Below are positions 32,915 to 38,517 of a stretch of 38,517 bases of DNA, in pieces (the stretch's first letter is position 1; each line of letters starts with the position of its first letter). Below the pieces are notes generated by a model. The model did not search any database. It was not told the origin of the DNA and saw only the letters and a program-made list of their open reading frames with translations. The position numbers were made by a program, and so were the translations under genes. This stretch comes from a virus (lineage: Duplodnaviria > Caudoviricetes): the IMG/VR virus record IMGVR_UViG_3300037692_000242, positions 1-38,517 of that record. One strand, written 5' to 3'.

Positions 32915-33817
32915 TTAACGTTCGGAATAAGGAAGGAGCTCTTGCGCTCCGGCGTCTTGGTAGGCGGGATAATACCCCATGCGGCGGCAATTCAGTTCGG
33001 TGGCCACGTTCTGCAGCAGTTGAGACCGGCCTTCGATCAGGAGGGAATTATCCCCCATGAGGGTGTAGACGGCAACGCAGTACGGCGGCGTTTTCTCCAC
33101 AGCGATAAACGCGAACGAATCCATCGGCGGGTTGTCGACCGGATTCCACCCGTGGTCGGCAATCATGACCTCCCGAGCAGAGTTGTAGCCGTCGATGTAC
33201 ATTGCCGCCTGGTGGAAGTATCCGAACTTGTAGCAGGCATTGAGAAACCCGCGATAAGAGGCGTCGGCGCAGGTCTTCAGGTCGAGGAGAACGGCCATCT
33301 TCGTCGAAGGGGTCCGGTCCGGGCGAACCTTGCAGAGCACCGGCTGGCCGGCTACAACCAGCTCAAAAATGGCCGTCTGTTCCGAGACGCCTTCCTTGAG
33401 CAGGGTTCTGGCAAAGTCGTGGCTGCGAATCGACTCCTTCATTCCTTTGATGACGGCGAAGTCGTCGGCGGAAATGATCTCTTTGTTCCCTGCCAGCATG
33501 GCGAAGCGATTCCACATTTCCACCGCGTAGATCGACTCAGGGGACGGCTTCTTGGCGTTGACCTGGGCGGCGGTCGGTTTCTTGGGCATGTCCGCCGGCA
33601 GAACCAGGAAGGATTTATTGAACTCCGTTTCGCCTTCCAGAATAAAGGCGTGGGAGGCCCGACCTATGGCCATGGCCGGAGAGTCGCCGTTGTCGATTTG
33701 GGCGGCGGCGGGGCAGGAACTGCCGAGCTTCTTGAGATAGCTGTTCCGCAGATAGGGGAGCGCGTTGTATTCCTCGAAAGGAATGTTCGTGTAGATGCCG
33801 GGACGGTACTCTTTCAT
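32915..33817 (-). CDS. RecE-like exonuclease VIII (PD-(D/E)xK, DUF3799-like)
   Basis: PGIY..I..EEY, S.LK, G.A.HA.ILE, K.RPD, DLKT, Y.Y..QAA.Y, F.FIAVEK.PPY; lies upstream of recT. Confidence 0.9.
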   Translation of the reverse strand: MKEYRPGIYTNIPFEEYNALPYLRNSYLKKLGSSCPAAAQIDNGDSPAMAIGRASHAFILEGETEFNKSFLVLPADMPKKPTAAQVNAKKPSPESIYAVEMWNRFAMLAGNKEIISADDFAVIKGMKESIRSHDFARTLLKEGVSEQTAIFELVVAGQPVLCKVRPDRTPSTKMAVLLDLKTCADASYRGFLNACYKFGYFHQAAMYIDGYNSAREVMIADHGWNPVDNPPMDSFAFIAVEKTPPYCVAVYTLMGDNSLLIEGRSQLLQNVATELNCRRMGYYPAYQDAGAQELLPYSER

Positions 33818-33978
33818 TTGCCCTCCTTGACCAGCGCGTCGGCCTTGGTGTTGACCCTCTTTGCAAAAACTTCGAGGCTGTCACCCTTCCGCACCTTGCA
33901 CTCCTCGGACAAAGGGCAGGTGGTACGGCATCCCCTCAAAATGTGGTCGTTGCAAAACTCTCTGGCGTTTCCGTTCAT
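33814..33978 (-). CDS. Small Cys-containing protein (54 aa; not in ORF track)
   Basis: MNGNAREFCNDHILRGCRTTCPLSEECKVRKGDSLEVFAKRVNTKADALVKEGK*; ATGA overlaps at both ends. Confidence 0.7.
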   Translation of the reverse strand: MNGNAREFCNDHILRGCRTTCPLSEECKVRKGDSLEVFAKRVNTKADALVKEGK

Positions 33979-34289
33979 CGGTCATCCTCCATAAAATCAA
34001 AATCCTCCTTGCGTTCCCTCTCCCAGCGAAAGGGTTCACCGTCAAACTCAAGATCGCTGCATTGTTTTTTGATCGATTTGATCCAACCGGGGACAAGAAT
34101 ATCCAGGGCGTAGGCTGTGAGTTGCGCCTTGAGGTCCAAAGGAAGAACGATCTCGCATTCGGACTCGTCGGGGTGGCAGAACTCGGGAGGGCCGGAGAGT
34201 TGAGCCGGAGCGTTGACGGCCGAATAGTCGACCTCCAGTTCAAAATCCTCTGTCCCTTCCAGTTCAAGAACGATCTTTCTTTTAGCCAT
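33975..34289 (-). CDS. Hypothetical acidic protein (104 aa), first gene of the leftward operon
   Basis: ATG 34289 with AAGGA RBS; PA.LSGPPE.CHP.E motif seen in small phage proteins. Confidence 0.75.
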   Translation of the reverse strand: MAKRKIVLELEGTEDFELEVDYSAVNAPAQLSGPPEFCHPDESECEIVLPLDLKAQLTAYALDILVPGWIKSIKKQCSDLEFDGEPFRWERERKEDFDFMEDDR

Positions 34290-34330
34290 AGCGTAATCCT
34301 TTCCGTAAAAGTTTGTGCAGACGATGCCTG

Positions 34331-34359
34331 ACAATACCGAAAAGATTTCTTTTCGTCAA
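34331..34359 (-). promoter_or_regulatory. Leftward sigma70 promoter with palindromic operator
   Basis: Minus strand TTGACG-N17-TATTGT; perfect inverted repeat CGAAAAGA-TT-TCTTTTCG (34338-34355) covers the spacer. Confidence 0.75.
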
Positions 34360-34372
34360 GGTAATTATTTCC

Positions 34373-34401
34373 TTGCTGTGCGTTTTTTTGTGTGGTATTT
34401 G
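34373..34401 (+). promoter_or_regulatory. Rightward sigma70 promoter
   Basis: TTGCTG-N17-TATTTG with TG extension, upstream of the HTH gene. Confidence 0.5.
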
Positions 34402-34437
34402 TTTGAAAACAAACTGCCAACCAGGGGAGAAATAAAA

Positions 34438-34653
34438 ATGAAAATCGACGCAGCACGATTGAGGGCCGCAATTGAAAAAAGCGGACTGACGACGGCGGAA
34501 ATTGCCAAGGCTGCAGGGTGGGAAAGCAGCCGGAGGGTGACGCAGCTCATGGCCGGGAAGAGTACCAATATCAATCCCCGGATCGGGGAAGCCATTGCCC
34601 GGAAGCTTAAAGTGAAAACCATTGATATTGTGAAGATCGACGGTGATTTTTGA
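34438..34653 (+). CDS. XRE/Cro-like helix-turn-helix regulator (71 aa)
   Basis: RLRAAIEKSGLTTAEIAKAAG...RVTQL..G.....IARKLKV; GGGGAG RBS; first gene of the rightward operon. Confidence 0.85.
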   Translation: MKIDAARLRAAIEKSGLTTAEIAKAAGWESSRRVTQLMAGKSTNINPRIGEAIARKLKVKTIDIVKIDGDF

Positions 34654-34964
34654 ACCGGGCGCTCACGGAAAAGGAGGTTCTTTGGGCGCGTGAGCTTCAT
34701 GCCTCGGGCCGGTGGTCCTTCAACGCACTGGCTGTTCTTTTGGGGGTGTCCCCCGGGAAGGTGGTCTCTGCCGTTGAAGGTCTAACCTGGGGGCATCTGC
34801 CCTTCTTCCTGCCAGTGGTCTGCATGTGCTGTCGGGAGATGATTGGCGTCAAGGGAGGCTTTGTCCAGGCCCAAGGGGAGACGACAGGGCTCTGCCTTCC
34901 CTGTTCAGAAACGCAGGAAAACGAATGGACGGGGCGGCAAGAGCGAAGAGCAACCCAACGATAG
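34650..34964 (+). CDS. Hypothetical protein, HTH-like N-terminus plus Cys pairs
   Basis: LTEKEV..ARE....G......LA..LGVS...V...V.G.TW.H, then VCMCC...TTGLC.PC; TTG start overlaps the previous stop. Confidence 0.7.
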   Translation: MNRALTEKEVLWARELHASGRWSFNALAVLLGVSPGKVVSAVEGLTWGHLPFFLPVVCMCCREMIGVKGGFVQAQGETTGLCLPCSETQENEWTGRQERRATQR

Positions 34965-34974
34965 GGAGGAGCGG

Positions 34975-35115
34975 ATGGAAAGACGAGAAGAGGTTCCCTG
35001 TGGAGATCCGAAGTGCAGAACGATCATCACACCGAAAATGACGGCCTGTTGGAGGGAAGTCGACGGTGTTCCACGGCTTGTTCACATCGCATGCTACCCA
35101 GGAGAAAAGAAATGA
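34975..35115 (+). CDS. Small Zn-ribbon-like protein (46 aa)
   Basis: GGAGGAG RBS; CGDPKC...HIAC. Confidence 0.6.
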   Translation: MERREEVPCGDPKCRTIITPKMTACWREVDGVPRLVHIACYPGEKK

Positions 35116-35303
35116 AAGCTGAATCGCTTGCGGCACTGCTGGTGGTGCTTTTTCTGCTGACCATCCTGGCGCTCATTGCCGGCCCTGCCATCGACCAGGA
35201 AATGGAGTATTCACGAAATCAGCTTGATAGCCAGATCAGCCCTGAGCAGCGCAGGGAGATCATGGAGCGGCAATATTATATTGCACCGCCGATGAAAAAC
35301 TGA
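35112..35303 (+). CDS. Small membrane protein (63 aa)
   Basis: ATGA overlap; LAALLVVLFLLTILALIAG transmembrane segment. Confidence 0.65.
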   Translation: MKAESLAALLVVLFLLTILALIAGPAIDQEMEYSRNQLDSQISPEQRREIMERQYYIAPPMKN

Positions 35304-35393
35304 TAGTGTCGTCGGGCAATTGAAACAAAAAAATCAGCAGGGCTTCCGTGATGGGTTAGCTTTGTGATATAAGTATTTGGGGATTACCCCAAC

Positions 35394-35447
35394 AAAAGAC
35401 CCATGTTTCGCAGACGCCATCACCGTCTCGGAGCATGGGTCTTTTTT
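35394..35447 (+). terminator. Long stem-loop / terminator upstream of the replication genes
   Basis: AAAAGACCCATGTTTCGCAGACG-ccatcac-CGTCTCGGAGCATGGGTCTTTTTTT. Confidence 0.65.
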
Positions 35448-35461
35448 ATTCAGGAGGTTGC

Positions 35462-35626
35462 ATGGATTGCGAATTTGAACACGCAAAAGTATACGTCGGG
35501 GACAACGGATATGTGTGTATTCAGCAGGACACCAGATGTGAAACTGAAACGATCATTCTCCATCCTGAACAAGTATCGGTATTGGTGAAATGGTTAGAAC
35601 GCGCAGCCATGGAAGCCCTTTCGTAA
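35462..35626 (+). CDS. Hypothetical protein (54 aa)
   Basis: AGGAGG RBS; VY...NGYVCI.Q......IILHPEQV..LV.WL. Confidence 0.7.
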   Translation: MDCEFEHAKVYVGDNGYVCIQQDTRCETETIILHPEQVSVLVKWLERAAMEALS

Positions 35627-35661
35627 TAATTTATTTCTCTTTCGCCCATCGGGAGGGCTAT

Positions 35662-36552
35662 GTGGATCACCGCGAATCCGACTGGATAAGGATCAACCGA
35701 AGCCTAATGTTGAATGACTTGTGGCTCAGCGAACCCTTCACTGCAGGGCAGGCGTGGGTTGACCTTCTTATGGTAGCAAACTGGAAGAACGGGATGGCCT
35801 TGGTTAAGGGTGAAGTCATACCTTTACATAGAGGTCAGTTGTGCCGGAGCATGAAACAATTAGCTATCCGGTGGCAATGGTCTGACGGCAAAGTGAAGCG
35901 ATTTCTAAAAAAATGTGAAAAATTGCGGCAAATTACTTTTGAAAATTGGTCAAAAAACGTTGCGGCAAACGTTGCGGCTAAAAGTCCCGTAACTACCTTA
36001 ATTACAATACTAAATTACGACGACTACCAAGGTAGCGTTGCGGCAAACGTTGCGCCGACGTTGCGGAGGCGTTGCGCCGACGTTGCGGAGGCGTTGACGG
36101 AGGAAGAAGGTAAAGAAGTTAAGAAGGAAAAGAAAGAACCTAAAACCAAGGGTCAGCCCTTCGTGCTTCCATCGTGGGTTCCTTTAGAAGCGTGGCAACG
36201 GTTTGATGATATGAGGACGGCCAAGAGCAAAAAGGCGTGGACCAATGGAGCCAAAACCCTCACCATAAAAACGCTCGAAAAACTCACGGCTGACCCCCGG
36301 GAGGCAACGGCGATTATGGATCAGTCGACCATGAAGGGATGGGCTGGGATTTTCCCGGTAAAAGATCAAAATGATTTTAATCACCAGGTGCGGGAGCCAT
36401 CACAACAAGCCAAGGGTGCCATGGTCCTCAGCGAAATGAGAAGGAGGTTGCGAGATGTGGATAGCGGACGAAATATTGGAGGGGCTGGAGAAACTGATGT
36501 CCTTGAGATTGAGCTTTTCCCCGGCGGCGGAATCCCTCCAGAAGACGGCTGA
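35662..36552 (+). CDS. Replication initiator (lambda O / replisome-organiser type)
   Basis: WIRINRSL...LW..EPF..GQAWVDLL..AN, RGQ...S...LA.RW.WS..KV.RFL winged helix, ITILNYDDYQ, internal iterons, C-terminal LP.W.P.EAW..F..MR; GTG start with GGAGG RBS. Confidence 0.88.
   Translation: MDHRESDWIRINRSLMLNDLWLSEPFTAGQAWVDLLMVANWKNGMALVKGEVIPLHRGQLCRSMKQLAIRWQWSDGKVKRFLKKCEKLRQITFENWSKNVAANVAAKSPVTTLITILNYDDYQGSVAANVAPTLRRRCADVAEALTEEEGKEVKKEKKEPKTKGQPFVLPSWVPLEAWQRFDDMRTAKSKKAWTNGAKTLTIKTLEKLTADPREATAIMDQSTMKGWAGIFPVKDQNDFNHQVREPSQQAKGAMVLSEMRRRLRDVDSGRNIGGAGETDVLEIELFPGGGIPPEDG
35958..36100 (+). repeat. Iteron array, putative replication origin
   Basis: CGTTGCG at 35958, 35970, 36036, 36048, 36059, 36070, 36081 plus variant CGTTGACG at 36092; 11-12 bp spacing; A-rich tract follows. 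Confidence 0.82.
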
Positions 36553-36811
36553 GACATGGGTGGAGGTACTGACCCCTTCCCTTGGCAACCCGATTCAGCA
36601 AATCGACGCTCCGAGGCTCAGGGTAGCTTTTCTTCACCTGTGTCGAACCTGCAAAAAATGGCCATCGCCAGCAGACCTTTTGGAAAACCTGCCTCACCGG
36701 CCAAAACTGTTGCAGGTGGAGGGTCCACCCATGACCGATAAACAACAGGCCGATGGTCTGCTTCATTTGGCCGAGATAAAAAGAATTTTGGCTGAAGGGA
36801 TGACGCCGTGA
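36455..36811 (+). CDS. Replication accessory protein (helicase-loader position)
   Basis: AGGAGG RBS; GL.KL..LRL...PAAE....TA..W, R...AF..L...C.KWPSPA.LL; directly follows the initiator. Confidence 0.72.
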   Translation: MWIADEILEGLEKLMSLRLSFSPAAESLQKTAETWVEVLTPSLGNPIQQIDAPRLRVAFLHLCRTCKKWPSPADLLENLPHRPKLLQVEGPPMTDKQQADGLLHLAEIKRILAEGMTP

Positions 36812-36951
36812 CTCCCGATTGCCGTTTTTGTTGGTGGAATGTAGGAGGCTTCTGCTACGGCAAAAACGTTCCCAGGGATGGCCTTGGCCGGTCGACTGTC
36901 AAAGCAACAACCGCCTGCGCCAGGCACGTTGAAAAGAAAAAGACCAAATAG
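36808..36951 (+). CDS. Small Cys-rich protein (47 aa; not in ORF track)
   Basis: GTGA overlap; MTPDCRFCWWNVGGFCYGKNVPRDGLGRSTVKATTACARHVEKKKTK*. Confidence 0.55.
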   Translation: MTPDCRFCWWNVGGFCYGKNVPRDGLGRSTVKATTACARHVEKKKTK

Positions 36952-36971
36952 AAAGGACTTTCGTTTTTTTA

Positions 36972-36999
36972 TTGACATACGGAAAAATGTTGCCATTAT
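36972..36999 (+). promoter_or_regulatory. Sigma70 promoter facing the cassette array
   Basis: Perfect TTGACA, N16, TGc-CATTAT extended -10; AT-rich tract upstream. Confidence 0.65.
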
Positions 37000-37037
37000 G
37001 TAGGAGACAGGAAAACAACAAACCGGGGACGGCAACC

Positions 37038-37190
37038 ATGTACGAGTTCACCAAACAGGCTAAGAAAAAAGGGTATCAGATGAAAGAGATTGCATCTCGG
37101 TGGAACGTCACACCGCGGCGAATGTCTCAGATTGCAAGCGACCCCAAGGCGAAGGATTGGGATGCCCTCGAAGGGCTTCCAAAAAAGTAA
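37038..37190 (+). CDS. Small HTH-like DNA-binding protein (50 aa)
   Basis: FTK..KKKGY.MKEIA.RW.VTPRRMSQIA; GGGGA RBS. Confidence 0.7.
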   Translation: MYEFTKQAKKKGYQMKEIASRWNVTPRRMSQIASDPKAKDWDALEGLPKK

Positions 37191-37213
37191 AGCGGGGCAA
37201 AGAGGAGGATATA

Positions 37214-37474
37214 ATGAAAGCACAATTCGAACTGGACTTAACCAACGCCCTTTTGCCCGACTGGTGGCCCACGGGCATACCCAAGGTTTTACCGGTGGAA
37301 AAAGGCCGGTATAAAAAAGATTTCGACCTCTGCCGGGAGAAGATAGCGCCCGACGACTACCGGCAATTGCTGGAGGCTACCGACTACGCCAACGTCGGAC
37401 GAGACAGCGGTATCCCGATCGGTCTGGATTTTATTCACATCCCTATCGGCGCCGTTATTCGGAGGACGAGATAA
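37214..37474 (+). CDS. Hypothetical protein (86 aa), backbone gene flanking the array
   Basis: AGGAGG RBS; stop TAA inside AGATAAC; no upstream GTT box matching its end. Confidence 0.8.
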   Translation: MKAQFELDLTNALLPDWWPTGIPKVLPVEKGRYKKDFDLCREKIAPDDYRQLLEATDYANVGRDSGIPIGLDFIHIPIGAVIRRTR

Positions 37475-37573
37475 CGCCCCGATCAGCGCACGGCGACGGG
37501 CCGGGCGAGGATCGACGAGATTTTAACGAGGAGCACTGCCGTCCATTCCGTTCGCTGAATTGGATGGTTATCT
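37469..37573 (-). mobile_element. attC-like recombination site (array site 1)
   Basis: AGATAAC(37469-37475)...GTTATCT(37567-37573); arms GATCAGCGCACGG / CCGTTCGCTGAATT with an extra base in the right arm. Confidence 0.85.
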
Positions 37574-37595
37574 ACTTTTTTGAAAGGGTCAATCA

Positions 37596-37811
37596 ATGAG
37601 CACGAGATACAAAAGGTCAGAAGATGTGCCCAACGAAACACTGGCGACTAGGCTGGACGAATTGGCCAAGGTCGTCACCACGGGGACTTTTGGTAGCGAA
37701 TTTTCTATGCGAGTCCCCGCCGAACTCGACCGAGACGCCGACATCGTGATGGCCGAGGCTGCACGGAGGATCAGATCATTGGACAACAAGGGTCCTGTTT
37801 TCGATAGATAA
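37596..37811 (+). CDS. Hypothetical cassette protein (71 aa)
   Basis: AAGGG RBS; F.MRVPAE.DRDAD.V..EAARR; cassette ends GTTATCTA/TAGATAAC. Confidence 0.8.
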   Translation: MSTRYKRSEDVPNETLATRLDELAKVVTTGTFGSEFSMRVPAELDRDADIVMAEAARRIRSLDNKGPVFDR

Positions 37812-37910
37812 CGCTTCAAGCTCAGGGGCGCCGCACCGGGCCTTGAATATCACCGAAATTATCGAGAACCACGGACGCCGAAGGCGTCCCTTTGAAGCGC
37901 CTGGTTACAC
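37806..37910 (-). mobile_element. attC-like recombination site (array site 2)
   Basis: AGATAAC(37806-37812)...GTTACAC(37904-37910); arms GCTCAGGGGCGCC / GGCGTCCCTTTGAAGC. Confidence 0.85.
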
Positions 37911-37926
37911 GACCATGGAGGACTGT

Positions 37927-38412
37927 GTGAGCAAACACATTCAGGAAATCGTTGAATCAAGAGATTACGGGAAAATGGTTGGATTCTTCGAGAATCCAAT
38001 TCCAGGGGAGTATGTCATCACTGGCCCGCAAGCCGGGAATCTGAGAGGGGAAGGTGCTGGGGGTTGGCACCGGTACGTCGGCTATGTTGTTCAGGTAAGA
38101 GAAAAGGCCGGAGCTTTTGGATCTGCCATCGTACTGCTGCGGCACCCTGACGGGGTGTTGGGCAGACACGAAAACCAGATGTTTCACCGGGTGGACAGTG
38201 GGGTCTTAGCGAAAATAAAGGCACTCTATGAAGAGGGTATGACTCCCGACGAATACGAGGATTATTCTCAGCCGTACTCCCTGAGTGGAGAATACCCGGA
38301 GACCGGGCGGGTGATCGGGCCGAAGGATGATGGCCCACCAAGGGATAACCGCCCGATGGTGCAGATTACCACCATAAGCCCCGACGGAAGCCGAAGGGTT
38401 GAGGTCGTGTAA
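37927..38412 (+). CDS. Hypothetical cassette protein (~161 aa)
   Basis: GGAGG-N5-GTG at 37927 (or ATG 37915); VQVR..AGAFGS..VLLRHPDG.L..HENQ.F motif; cassette ends GTTACACGACC/GGTCGTGTAAC. Confidence 0.82.
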   Translation: MSKHIQEIVESRDYGKMVGFFENPIPGEYVITGPQAGNLRGEGAGGWHRYVGYVVQVREKAGAFGSAIVLLRHPDGVLGRHENQMFHRVDSGVLAKIKALYEEGMTPDEYEDYSQPYSLSGEYPETGRVIGPKDDGPPRDNRPMVQITTISPDGSRRVEVV

Positions 38413-38509
38413 CGCCAAAATAACCGGCTGCGACGGGACATAAGCGAACCACCGCCCCATTCGGGGCAGCACTGACGATGTTCAGTCCGTGTTTATTTTA
38501 TGGTTAGGG
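38407..38509 (-). mobile_element. attC-like recombination site (array site 3)
   Basis: GTGTAAC(38407-38413)...GTTAGGG(38503-38509); arms AAAATAACCGGCTG / CAGTCCGTGTTTATTTT with three extra bases in the right arm. Confidence 0.87.
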
Positions 38510-38517
38510 GAGGATAT

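Noticed and set aside
37843-37926. Upstream extension of the 38412-ending ORF given in the ORF track
   Set aside because: It starts at a TTG in the attC loop without an RBS; GGAGG supports a start at 37927.
1-38517. tRNA/rRNA genes and host taxonomic assignment
   Set aside because: No cloverleaf or rRNA-like segment was noticed, and the host cannot be determined from sequence inspection alone.

Overview
The window looks like an essentially complete, circularly permuted ~38.5 kb podovirus genome of the BPP-1/epsilon15-like type. It carries terminase, portal, scaffold, capsid, cement, tail tube A/B, three ejection proteins, tailspike, holin and amidase. It also has a leftward RecE/RecT recombination operon and a lambda-O-like replication module with iterons. 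No integrase, DNA polymerase or reverse transcriptase is recognisable. Two unusual systems stand out. (1) An integrase-less, integron-type cassette array spans the window ends (37469-38517 and 1-2542). It has eight attC-like hairpins, eight single-gene cassettes (seven with perfectly complementary 8-12 bp ends) and an attI-like site. The attC geometry places the array on the minus strand, so every gene is antisense to the canonical integron orientation and is read from a phage promoter at the far end. (2) Six virion proteins share a short N-terminal leader ending in an identical A-F-I-T motif written with different codons, which suggests a dedicated processing or targeting system. A 2846-aa ejection protein also carries a string of effector-like domains separated by (L/Y)(F/Y/D)Q linkers. 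Product names come from motif recognition and gene order only; no database searches were run.
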